Below the pieces are notes generated by a model that saw only the letters and a list, made by a program, of their open reading frames with translations, ran no database searches and had not been told where the DNA came from. The position numbers and the translations under genes were made by a program. This document shows positions 16,001 to 24,898 of a DNA stretch of 64,000 nt, in pieces; the first letter of the stretch is position 1, and each line of letters starts with the position of its first letter. The stretch comes from Acidimicrobiales bacterium (GTDB taxonomy: Bacteria > Actinomycetota > Acidimicrobiia > Acidimicrobiales > CATQHL01), in assembly GCA_965242895.1 (NCBI GenBank), contig OZ251507.1, forward strand, positions 1,433,884 to 1,497,883, read 5' to 3'.

Positions 16001-18802
16001 ATGCCAAACCGACTGGTAATCGTCGAATCGCCGACGAAAGCCGCGACGATCTCCAGATTTCTCGACGACAGCTACGTCGTGGAGTCGTCCTACGGACACA
16101 TCCGCGACCTGCCGAGCAACAGCACTGAAATCCCCGCCGCCTACAAGTCCGAACCCTGGGCGCGCCTGGGCATCGACGTCAATAACGATTTCAAGCCCCT
16201 TTACGTGATTTCCAAGAAAGGCAAGAAGCGTGTAGGCGAACTCAAGAAACTTGCCGCCGCTGCCGATGAGTTGTATCTGGCTACCGACGAAGACCGCGAA
16301 GGAGAGGCCATCTCCTGGCACCTATTAGAAGTCCTCTCCCCTCCGGCTCGAGTGCAGGTGCATCGGATGGTCTTTCACGAGATCACCCGCGAGGCCATCG
16401 CCGAATCGCTCAGAAATCTGCGCGACATCGACCGCCGACTAGTGGACGCTCAGGAGGCGCGCAGACTTCTCGACAGGCTCTACGGTTTCGAGGTCTCACC
16501 TGTGCTCTGGAAAAAAGTGGCTGCGGGACTCTCGGCCGGACGGGTGCAGAGCGTGGCAACTCGCATGGTCGTGGAGCGGGAACGGGAACGGATGGCTTTC
16601 GTGCCGGCTTCTTACTGGTCGCTGCGTATGACCGCCCTGCCGCGGGAAGACGGGGGTGCGCCAAGTGCTTCGGCGGCAAGTTTCAAGGTCAGGATGAGCA
16701 GCCTCGACGGCGCCAAGGTCGCTCAGGGGAAGGACTTCGACGCCGACGGCAAGTCGAAGTCTTCCGGTCTGATCGTTCTCGTCGAATCCGAGGCGCTCCG
16801 ACTAGGGGAAGACCTAAACGGAAACACAGGCGAGGTGTCGTCGGTGAAGGAGAAGCCCTACAAGCGCAAGCCGCCGCCTCCGTTCATCACCTCCACTCTG
16901 CAGCAGGAGGCCGGACGAAGGCTCGGGTTGTCGTCCAAGGTGGTCATGCAGATCGCCCAGTCTCTCTACGAGAAGGGCTACATCACCTACATGCGTACCG
17001 ATTCCACCACCCTGTCCGCATCTGCGGTTACGGCCGTACGCAAGGAAATAAGCCGCCGTTTCGGGGAGGATTACCTCCCCCCGCAGCCGCGCCGCCACCT
17101 CGGCAAGGCGCGAAACGCCCAGGAGGCTCACGAAGCCGTTCGCCCTGCCGGGGAGAGCCTGCGTCATCCCGATGAACTGCGCGGGCGTCTGAACGCGGCG
17201 GAGGCGCGACTCTACGATCTCATCTGGCGTCGCACCATGGCCTCGCAGATGACCGACGCCGTCGGCAAGACCGTCAGCGTGGAGATATCCGCCCGCAGCA
17301 GCAGGGGCGAAAAGGCCGGCTTTTTCACCTCTGGCACGATCATCACCCACGAAGGCTTTCGGGCGGCCTTGCCCGCCGAATCGAAAAAAACCGCCGCCGA
17401 AGGGGGAACACACCGCTCTTCCGGCGGCGACGCTGAAGAAGTTTCAGAGAATCAGGTGCTTCCGAAGGTTTCCGAAGGCGACGTCGTGAGACTCTCCTCG
17501 CCGGAACCTGCCGGTCATGAAACCAAGCCTCCTGCCCGCTTCACAGAGGCCACCCTGGTGCGGAAACTTGAAGAACTAGGAGTGGGGCGTCCGTCCACCT
17601 ACGCCAGCATCATGGGCACTATCCAAGACCGCGGCTACGTCTGGAAAAAAGGTTCGGCGCTCATTCCGGCTTTCACTGCTTTCGTTGTCGTGTCTCTGCT
17701 GGAGAAGCACTTCGGCGACCTCGTGGATTACGCCTTTACCGCCCGGATGGAGGACGACCTCGACAAAATCGCCAACGGCTCAAACGAGTCCATCCCCTGG
17801 CTGCGGAACTTCTACTTCGGAGCTTCCGAGGCGCCCGGCCTCAAGACCTTGGTGTCTGAACGTCTCGACGACATCGACCCAAGGGTCATCAACAGCGTCC
17901 CGGTCGGCGTCGACCCAGGTGGAACACCCATCGAGATCCGCCTCGGGCGCTACGGCCCGTTCCTCTCCTGCGGTGAGCGGCGAGCCGACCTGGGGGAGGA
18001 TCTGCCTCCCGACGAACTGACCGCCGAACGCGCCTTGGAACTGCTAGCGGCAAGCAAAGCCACCCGAGAACTTGGCACCGACCCCGAATCGGGTCTGCCG
18101 GTCACGGCCAAGTCTGGCCGCTACGGGCCGTTCACCCAACTCGGCCCGGCGCCCGGCGACGAGGAGACTAAACCCCGTTACGCCTCCTTGTTCAAGTCCA
18201 TGTCGCTCGAGACGGTCACCCTTTCCGAAGCATTAAAACTGCTGAGCCTGCCGCGCACTCTCGGCGCTGCCGACGACGGAGAGGCCGTGACCGCTCAGAA
18301 CGGCCGTTACGGCCCTTACGTCAAGAAAGGCAAGGAAACTCGCTCTCTGGAGACCGAGGAACAGCTCTTCACGGTAACCCTAGATGAGGCTCTGGAACTG
18401 CTCTCGCGCCCCAAGACGCGTCGCGGCTCTGCCGCTCGCGGGGCTTTGCGTGAACTCGGCTCCGATCCCCTGACTGGCAAGGAAGTCGTCCTCCGGGAGG
18501 GTCGCTTCGGTCCTTACGTGAGCGACGGCGAGGTAAACGCCTCTCTGCGTAAGGACGACGATCCTGAGAAGTTGAGCATCGGGCGAGCCTCCGAGCTTCT
18601 GGCGGAGCGTCGCTCCGCAGTCGGAAAGCCGTCGTCGGGCGGACGCTCTCGCTCCTCCGGCAGCTTCAAAACCAAGGCCAACTCTCGTTCGAGCAGCCGA
18701 GCAGCTTCCAGCCGCACCCCCCGCTCTCAGTCGTCTAGCCCTCAGTCTTCGAGAAAGACGAAGCGTTCCGGGCCAGGCCGTTCTTCCGGACGCCCGCGCT
18801 AG
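16001..18802 (+). CDS. topA: DNA topoisomerase I with basic Ser/Arg/Lys-rich C-terminal tail
   Basis: Toprim N-terminus (LVIVESPTKAATISRFL), YITYMRTDS active-site region, and repeated actinobacterial C-terminal GRYGPY/F modules. Confidence 0.95.
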   Translation: MPNRLVIVESPTKAATISRFLDDSYVVESSYGHIRDLPSNSTEIPAAYKSEPWARLGIDVNNDFKPLYVISKKGKKRVGELKKLAAAADELYLATDEDREGEAISWHLLEVLSPPARVQVHRMVFHEITREAIAESLRNLRDIDRRLVDAQEARRLLDRLYGFEVSPVLWKKVAAGLSAGRVQSVATRMVVERERERMAFVPASYWSLRMTALPREDGGAPSASAASFKVRMSSLDGAKVAQGKDFDADGKSKSSGLIVLVESEALRLGEDLNGNTGEVSSVKEKPYKRKPPPPFITSTLQQEAGRRLGLSSKVVMQIAQSLYEKGYITYMRTDSTTLSASAVTAVRKEISRRFGEDYLPPQPRRHLGKARNAQEAHEAVRPAGESLRHPDELRGRLNAAEARLYDLIWRRTMASQMTDAVGKTVSVEISARSSRGEKAGFFTSGTIITHEGFRAALPAESKKTAAEGGTHRSSGGDAEEVSENQVLPKVSEGDVVRLSSPEPAGHETKPPARFTEATLVRKLEELGVGRPSTYASIMGTIQDRGYVWKKGSALIPAFTAFVVVSLLEKHFGDLVDYAFTARMEDDLDKIANGSNESIPWLRNFYFGASEAPGLKTLVSERLDDIDPRVINSVPVGVDPGGTPIEIRLGRYGPFLSCGERRADLGEDLPPDELTAERALELLAASKATRELGTDPESGLPVTAKSGRYGPFTQLGPAPGDEETKPRYASLFKSMSLETVTLSEALKLLSLPRTLGAADDGEAVTAQNGRYGPYVKKGKETRSLETEEQLFTVTLDEALELLSRPKTRRGSAARGALRELGSDPLTGKEVVLREGRFGPYVSDGEVNASLRKDDDPEKLSIGRASELLAERRSAVGKPSSGGRSRSSGSFKTKANSRSSSRAASSRTPRSQSSSPQSSRKTKRSGPGRSSGRPR

Positions 18803-18816
18803 GGAGGTCCCGCCTC

Positions 18817-20622
18817 GTGGCGTCGGATGAGGAGTCCCATGAGTCTCATGAAGAGGAGTACTACCGCCCCGAACCGATAGATCCGTTGCCGGATCAGATC
18901 AGCAACTGGGGCGCAAATCTAGGCAAGAAATGGTCGAACTTCATCGATCGGGTGTTCGGCTCACGTCAGTTCCTTCACCTCTGGTCGGCGCAGTTAGTGA
19001 CCTCTCTGGGGGACTGGCTTGGATTTCTGGCTTTGGCCATAGTCGCTGGGCGAGTAGGAGCTAATCCCGATTTGTCGATCGCCATGGTGATGGCCACCCG
19101 TTTGGTGCCGGGTCTGTTCTTCACCCCCATGACAGGGGTTCTGGCAGACCGCTTCGACCGCCGCCGTCTCATGATCTTGTGCGACGTGGCTAGGGCTGGA
19201 ATTTTTCTGTTCGTCCCCTTCGTGAACAGCCTCTGGGCGCTTATCGTGGCCTCCCTGGTGATCGAGGCCTTCACGCTGGCCTGGATTCCGGCCAAGGAGG
19301 CGTTGGTCCCCAATCTGCTCAGAAAGGAGCACCTGACCACGGCCAACTCTCTCTCCATGCTGGCCACCTACGGCATGTTCCCGATCGCCTCCCTCGTGCT
19401 GGTGGGTGTGCAGAGCGCTGCAGCAAATCTGGAGAACTCAGGTTTCGCACAAGCCCTCCGACTGGAAAAGGAGGCGTTCGCCTTCTACATCAACTCTTTG
19501 ACTTTTCTGATTTCAGCGCTTCTGCTGTTCGCGATACGGCTGCCCGAATCTTCGCTCGTTGGTCGGAAGTTCGCCGGGAGGCCGTCGGGCGGCTGGAGGG
19601 ACTTTCTCACCCGTTTCAGGTCGGGGCGTTCTCGGTCTCGCTCCGCTCGGTTTAGCCATCGGATCTTGACCGTTTGGCAACAGTTCCTGCGGGAGGTCAG
19701 AGAGGGTTGGAAGTACGTGTTCCACAACGACACGGTACGCCCCATCGGAGTCGGGTTGGCTATGGGGCTCATCGGCGGCGGCATGCTTGTGCCGTTGGGC
19801 CTGATCTACATCAAGGAAATTCTCGGGCTTGCGGAGAAAGAGGCCGACAGAGCCTGGGGGATCATGACGACCGGATTGGGGGTCGGCGTCGCCCTGGGTG
19901 TGGGAGTGATCCTGCTAGTGCAGCAAAAGCTCAACAAGGAGGTCATGTTCACGTCATCGGTGTTTGGCGCCGGAGTCTTCCTGCTGCTAGCCGCCTCCCT
20001 CAACTCTCTGATCGGGGTTGCTTTCATGGCGGGCGGGTTGGGCATGAGCGCTGGAGGCATCTACGTGGTCGGCTTCACGCTGCTTCATTCCAACACTGCC
20101 GATGAGTTGCGCGGGCGTGTGTTCGCCGGCCTTTATTCCATTGTGCGCTTGTGCCTGGTCTTGGCTCTGGTGCTCGGCCCGTCGCTTTCTTCCGGCCTAG
20201 ACGCCCTCTCTAACTGGCTTTTTGAGGGGTCCTGGAGAATCGGCGTCACCATTCCGCTCCCTGGGGTTCGCTTGACGCTCTGGCTGTCCGGGTTGGTGAT
20301 CGTGGTGGCAGGGTTGTTGGTGCGGCGCCTGCAAAAGCAGAGCGCCGATACCGGTTCTGGACTCCCCGCGGCTCCCGCCGCCGGGGACGCTTCCTCTGAC
20401 CCCGCTGAGGGGGACGCCCCCTCCGATCCCGCCGACGGGGACACCCCCTCCGATCCCGCCGGCCAGGACGCTTCCTCTGACCCCGCCGACGGGGACGCCC
20501 CCTCCGATCCCGCCGCCGGGGACGACCCTTCCGCTCCTGCCGGCCAGGACGCTTCCTCTGACCTCGCTGAAGGGGACGCCCCCTCCGATCCCGCCGCCGG
20601 CCAGGAAGACCCTCAGCCGTGA
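18817..20622 (+). CDS. MFS transporter with repetitive acidic/proline C-terminal tail
   Basis: Multiple TM segments and the MFS motif GVLADRFDRRRLM. Confidence 0.8.
   Translation: MASDEESHESHEEEYYRPEPIDPLPDQISNWGANLGKKWSNFIDRVFGSRQFLHLWSAQLVTSLGDWLGFLALAIVAGRVGANPDLSIAMVMATRLVPGLFFTPMTGVLADRFDRRRLMILCDVARAGIFLFVPFVNSLWALIVASLVIEAFTLAWIPAKEALVPNLLRKEHLTTANSLSMLATYGMFPIASLVLVGVQSAAANLENSGFAQALRLEKEAFAFYINSLTFLISALLLFAIRLPESSLVGRKFAGRPSGGWRDFLTRFRSGRSRSRSARFSHRILTVWQQFLREVREGWKYVFHNDTVRPIGVGLAMGLIGGGMLVPLGLIYIKEILGLAEKEADRAWGIMTTGLGVGVALGVGVILLVQQKLNKEVMFTSSVFGAGVFLLLAASLNSLIGVAFMAGGLGMSAGGIYVVGFTLLHSNTADELRGRVFAGLYSIVRLCLVLALVLGPSLSSGLDALSNWLFEGSWRIGVTIPLPGVRLTLWLSGLVIVVAGLLVRRLQKQSADTGSGLPAAPAAGDASSDPAEGDAPSDPADGDTPSDPAGQDASSDPADGDAPSDPAAGDDPSAPAGQDASSDLAEGDAPSDPAAGQEDPQP
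20383..20607 (+). repeat. About 8 tandem 27-nt (9-aa) repeats, consensus GDAPSDPAx
   Basis: Encodes GDASSDPAE GDAPSDPAD GDTPSDPAG QDASSDPAD GDAPSDPAA GDDPSAPAG QDASSDLAE GDAPSDPAA. Confidence 0.9.
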
Positions 20623-21239
20623 GTTCCCCGGGTGCGGGAGCGCGGTTCGTCGTGTTCGAAGGGGGGGAGTCCGCCGGCAAGTCCACTCAGGCTTCTCGGC
20701 TGGCCATCCGCCGCGGCGCCCTGCTCACCTTCGAACCGGGCGACACCCCTCTAGGCCGCGAACTGCGCCGTCTGCTGCTCTCCTCCCGAGCGCCCATGGG
20801 GGACCGGGCCGAGGCGTTGCTCCTAGCGGCTGACCGCGCGCAGCACGTCGAAGAGGTGATCCGCCCCGCACTGGATGCGGGCACCGACGTGGTGTGCGAC
20901 CGTTATGCGGCGTCCTACCTGGCCTATCAGGGATACGGTCGCGGCCTCGACCGGGAGTTCCTGCGCGGCCTCTCTATCTGGGCCGCAGATGAACTCGCCC
21001 CCGACTTGTTTGTGCTCTTAGACATCTGCCCAGAACGTGCTCGCACTCGTCTTCCAGAACGGCGCAAGAAAGACAGATTTGAAGCCTCGGGAGCCTTATT
21101 TCAGAAGCGAGTGCGCGAGGGCTACCTGGAACTGGCCGCCGCGCAGCCGGAACTCTGGGTGGTCGTGGACGCCGACCGAGACCTCGAAGAGGTGTCGGAG
21201 TCCGTGCGGCAAGCGGTCGCCGAGCGGCTGGGCTGGTAG
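20619..21239 (+). CDS. tmk: dTMP (thymidylate) kinase
   Basis: FVVFEGGESAGKST P-loop and an LLAADR motif. The GTG start overlaps the MFS stop. Confidence 0.9.
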   Translation: MSSPGAGARFVVFEGGESAGKSTQASRLAIRRGALLTFEPGDTPLGRELRRLLLSSRAPMGDRAEALLLAADRAQHVEEVIRPALDAGTDVVCDRYAASYLAYQGYGRGLDREFLRGLSIWAADELAPDLFVLLDICPERARTRLPERRKKDRFEASGALFQKRVREGYLELAAAQPELWVVVDADRDLEEVSESVRQAVAERLGW

Positions 21240-21268
21240 CGCTCAGACGGCTTGTCCTGTCCAAGCGG

Positions 21269-22483
21269 ATGCTGCCGGTGGAATCGGGATTCCAGGGAGA
21301 ACTAGGGGAATCCCTGCCTTCGCTGAAGGACGAATCGGCGCCATCCACTCTTTCGTCCGCCGGCATTGACTGGCCTCCGCTGGCAGTCCAGGCGGGCTTG
21401 GTCAAGCAACTGGAAGCTTCTCTGTCTTCACCCGTCCATGCGTATCTCTTCTTGGGCCCCGACGCTGTCGGCAAGCGGGAGGTCGCTCGCGTCTTCGCCT
21501 CCGAATTGATAGCTGCGCCGGTCTCCGACCCGTCCGAGGCGGAGAAGCAGCGGCGGAGCGTCCTAGGGGGCTTGCACCCAGATTTCGTGGTCGTAGCGCC
21601 CCGTGGTCGGCGCCTGCTCGACGAACAGGCCGTCCGCATCATCGCCGAAGCCGGTCGGAAACCTGCCCATCGAGGGCGCAAAGTCATTCTGGTGGAGCAG
21701 CTCCACACTGCCCATGTCACCGTCGCCCCCAGGATTCTCAAAACTCTGGAGGAACCCGCTCCTTCGGTGGTGATGTTGCTGCTGGCCGCCTACGTGCGCC
21801 CCGATCACATCACAGTGGCTTCCCGATGTTTCCAGATCACCTTTCCGGCGCGCAGTCTTATTCACAGGGAACGTCCAGGCGAGGGATCTGCTGCCGGCTA
21901 CGCAGGTGCGCCCAGCGCAGCGGACGCCGCCCCGCACTTCCCTGACTGGGACATTCCTGCTGCCGGGGAGCTGCAGCGAGCGCATGAATTGATTCTCAAA
22001 GAGTGGGTCTTGCCTATCGAAGGTCGTCCGAGGGAGGTCTCCGAGGAGTTGGAGCACTTGGGCGAAGGTGATCTGCAGCGTCGTTTCGAGTTCTGGTGTT
22101 CGCTGCTGGATCGTCTCGACGGCACCGGAGCTACAGCAGCGGTGCTTGCCGATGAAGCCTTGGCCTTGATCAGTTCTGCTGAGGATTCCGCCAAGGCCGC
22201 AGCAAAGCGCTTTGCCGAGGTCGAGGATTTCGCTGCGATGGAGACCAGCACCGAACGACTTCAGCGGCATAGTCGCTTGGGGCGGGGTTTAAGCGAGGGG
22301 GAACTGCGTTACGGGTTAGCTGTAATGCTCAACCGTTATTCAGCTGAACTCTTGGGGCCTGACGGTGTCAAGGCTTCTAAAGCAATAGATCTCATCAACG
22401 ACGCAGCTAAGGCGTTCACCTTTAACCCCAATATGAAACTCTTGTTAGTGAACCTCCTGCTTCAGCTAGGGGCTTTGAAATAG
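21269..22483 (+). CDS. holB: DNA polymerase III subunit delta'
   Basis: HAYLFLGPDAVGKREVA and LKTLEEP motifs. topA-tmk-holB synteny is typical of Actinobacteria. Confidence 0.85.
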   Translation: MLPVESGFQGELGESLPSLKDESAPSTLSSAGIDWPPLAVQAGLVKQLEASLSSPVHAYLFLGPDAVGKREVARVFASELIAAPVSDPSEAEKQRRSVLGGLHPDFVVVAPRGRRLLDEQAVRIIAEAGRKPAHRGRKVILVEQLHTAHVTVAPRILKTLEEPAPSVVMLLLAAYVRPDHITVASRCFQITFPARSLIHRERPGEGSAAGYAGAPSAADAAPHFPDWDIPAAGELQRAHELILKEWVLPIEGRPREVSEELEHLGEGDLQRRFEFWCSLLDRLDGTGATAAVLADEALALISSAEDSAKAAAKRFAEVEDFAAMETSTERLQRHSRLGRGLSEGELRYGLAVMLNRYSAELLGPDGVKASKAIDLINDAAKAFTFNPNMKLLLVNLLLQLGALK

Positions 22484-22581
22484 CTTTCCCAAGTCCTTCT
22501 TAGCGCGTCCGCTGATCGAGATATTGAGCAGTTCGGGCGATTTCCGTCTAGTCTTATGGGTGCGGCTGCGTTGCGGCGCGT

Positions 22582-22654
22582 GCCCGGGTAGCTCAGTTGG
22601 TAGAGCGATTCACTCGTAATGAATAGGTCCGGGGTTCGATTCCCCGCCCGGGCT
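22582..22654 (+). tRNA. tRNA-Thr (anticodon CGU)
   Basis: Cloverleaf GCCCGGG/TA/GCTC-AGTTGGTA-GAGC/G/ATTCA-CTCGTAA-TGAAT/AGGTC/CGGGG-TTCGATT-CCCCG/CCCGGGC/T. Confidence 0.9.
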
Positions 22655-22998
22655 CGGTCGACCCTCTTCCGGCTCCCGCACGGTCGTTTCCCGGGGCGTC
22701 GTCTATGCACCTCCTCTCGGAGTGAGGTGGAGTGCTGTGAGAGCTGCGACTACACTGGACACATGATGAATTGCCCTTACCTCCAGACCTCCGAGGGAAT
22801 TTCTGAATCGGTCACCTTAGGCGGAGTTTACGCGCTCGGACTGCGCCTAGCGGGGCGGGGGTTGCTGGGGCGCTTGTGATGCCCGGGTGTTGAGGAAGGA
22901 TTGACGTGATCGAGCGTTCGGCTGGCGGTGACCGGCTGTGGGTGTATTGGGTGAAGCTGCTGGGCGGCGGGTTTTGTTGGTGGGGTCGTGTTTGGGCG

Positions 22999-24375
22999 AT
23001 GGGGGGTTGGTTTCGGCGCGCGGCAGTGGGGGCGGTCGTGTTGTTGCTGGTTGTCGGTTGTTCTGGGGGTCGGGTGGGTGACCGCCCGGGGATTCCTCTT
23101 TCGGAGTCTGCAGAGGAGGACGCTGGCGGGGTTCCGTCGGTGGTTGGGGAGGTAGGGGATGTAAGAGATGTTGGGGTTGAGCCTATTCGTTTAGGGTTGG
23201 TGATGGCTTCTTCTGGAGGTTTAGCATTGCTGGATTCTCCTGTGGTTGAGGCGTTGAGGTATGCGGTGCGGCAGGTGAACGAGTCTGGGGGTTTGTTAGG
23301 GCGTCCGCTGGAATTGTTGGAATATGATTCTAATTCTGAGTTGAACGTCGCTTACAACGCAGCGTTGAGGTTGTTGGAGCGGGAAGTTTCTTTGATTTTC
23401 GTTTCGTGTGATTTGTTTTATTCGCGCCCGGTGATGGAGGCGGCCGGCGACGCTGGGGTGCTAGTCGTGGCCCCGTGCGGGCCGGAGCCTCGTGTGGGAG
23501 GCGTGTTTGTGCGGCCTTTAGCGTTTTCTTCAGGCACTTCAGCGGGGAATTACGCTGAAGTCATGGCCGAGCACGCGGTGGCTGAAGGCCATCTGGAAGC
23601 GACAGTTTTCGTGGAGAGCGACGATGAGTGGTCGGTGGAAGCGTGCGATTTGTTCTCTGAGCGTTTCGCTGAGAGCGGCGGGCGTGTCGCGGGCAGGGTG
23701 GTGCTGGACGCCGCGTGGTGGGAGGTCGCAGCTAATATCTCGCGCCCGATGGTCTTGGAGATGCTGGCCGGAGTGTCGCAGTCGCCTTTGTTAGTGTTAT
23801 GCGGCGCGCCAGGCGGCAGAGGAAGGGAACTATTTCATCTGCTGCGTGCTTCGGGCGTGAACTCGCCTGTTTTGGCTACGAACGCTCTCGACGGCAGAGA
23901 GTGGTTGAGAACAGTGCCGAACGTTGGGTCGCTGGCAGTGGTCACAGAGGCTTCTATGTACGGAGACGATCCGAGCCGGCAGGTCAATTCTTATTTTGCG
24001 GGCACTCTAGGCGCCGAACCAGGGACGCCGGAGAGGATGGGGAGGTCGGTCACCGGCGCTGAAGGTCTCTGGATGTTCATACGGGCCGTGAACCTCACGG
24101 GGAGTTTAGATCCCGTGGCGCTGGCAAGAACGATCGAGGGGTTCTCCGACGTCGAACTCTGGATGGGCCCAGCTACTTTCAGCGAGGAATCCCACATAGT
24201 CGAGGGGCGGGCGCTGCGCGTCGTCAGTCACGCCGGTGGAGCCAGCAGGCTCATCGCAGTACGCACCCCCACCGAAACTCCACGCCAGACAACCGCTCAG
24301 TCCTCCACGGAGACTGAGCAGTTCTCCTCCGAAGCCCTCCAGCAGTCCGCGGGAATCGAGCAGCAGTCCTCCTAA
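22999..24375 (+). CDS. Orphan ABC-type substrate-binding lipoprotein (Leu/Ile/Val-binding, Peripla_BP_6-like)
   Basis: MGGWFRRAAVGAVVLLLVVGCSGG lipobox. IRLGLVMASSGGLALLDSPVVEALRYAVRQVNESGGLLGRPLEL is typical of LivJ-type binding proteins. No adjacent permease or ATPase gene is present. Confidence 0.75.
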   Translation: MGGWFRRAAVGAVVLLLVVGCSGGRVGDRPGIPLSESAEEDAGGVPSVVGEVGDVRDVGVEPIRLGLVMASSGGLALLDSPVVEALRYAVRQVNESGGLLGRPLELLEYDSNSELNVAYNAALRLLEREVSLIFVSCDLFYSRPVMEAAGDAGVLVVAPCGPEPRVGGVFVRPLAFSSGTSAGNYAEVMAEHAVAEGHLEATVFVESDDEWSVEACDLFSERFAESGGRVAGRVVLDAAWWEVAANISRPMVLEMLAGVSQSPLLVLCGAPGGRGRELFHLLRASGVNSPVLATNALDGREWLRTVPNVGSLAVVTEASMYGDDPSRQVNSYFAGTLGAEPGTPERMGRSVTGAEGLWMFIRAVNLTGSLDPVALARTIEGFSDVELWMGPATFSEESHIVEGRALRVVSHAGGASRLIAVRTPTETPRQTTAQSSTETEQFSSEALQQSAGIEQQSS

Positions 24376-24598
24376 GTCCCTCCGCAGTCCTCCTAAGTCC
24401 CTCCAGAAGTTCCCGAGAATAGATAGCCGCAGGCGGCTGCTTCGAGCACTTCGTTCGACCCCTTAAGGCTATCTAGCAGTTTCCGGGAAGTGACGGAAAT
24501 TGAATAGCCGCGCGCAGTTTCGGGCAATTCTCCGGCGCGGCGGCTCGGTCCAGGTGAGGCTTTCGGCTTCGACGGGCGAATGATCTTGCCGCTGCGCG

Positions 24599-24628
24599 TT
24601 GCACATTGTTCGTTATTGATGATATAAT
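24599..24628 (+). promoter_or_regulatory. Candidate promoter TTGCAC-N18-TATAAT upstream of the giant surface-protein gene
   Basis: It lies in a locally AT-rich stretch (24590-24690). TATAAT is at 24623-24628. Confidence 0.3.
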
Positions 24629-24692
24629 TAAAAAGGTTGTTCGAAGTAGCGGGATCGTTTTTTAGGTTCCGAAGAGACAAAAAGGAGTTGGC

Positions 24693-24854
24693 ATGTCGCT
24701 TATCGGGCTGCTTTCCATAAGAATCGCATCGAGGTCCGCCTTGGCGGGCGTGCTTTTGGCTGCGTCGTTGGTGGCGCCTGTGGCCCTGTCCTCTGAGGAT
24801 GTTTCCGCGCTAGGCGGGGATGAAGTTGAGGGGGGGGGGGGGGGGCATTCGTAG
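24693..24854 (+). CDS. Signal-peptide leader ORF, probably the displaced 5' end of the giant gene
   Basis: AAAGGAG RBS 5 nt before the ATG. MSLIGLLSIRIASRSALAGVLLAASLVAPVALSSEDVSALGGDEVEGGGGGHS*. It runs into the G16 tract and stops 7 nt after it. Confidence 0.6.
   Translation: MSLIGLLSIRIASRSALAGVLLAASLVAPVALSSEDVSALGGDEVEGGGGGHS
24830..24845 (+). repeat. Homopolymeric G16 tract
   Basis: Counted directly: g at 24830 plus 24831-24845. The giant ORF's frame opens exactly at the tract, because a TGA at 24827-24829 closes it upstream. Confidence 0.95.
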
Positions 24855-24898
24855 CCAGCTTCGGAAGTGATGGATCCCTCGCGCACTCCGTAGGGCTA

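Noticed and set aside
22619-22879. 86-aa ORF starting inside tRNA-Thr
   Set aside because: Its 5' part is the tRNA itself and the remainder shows no features of a real protein.
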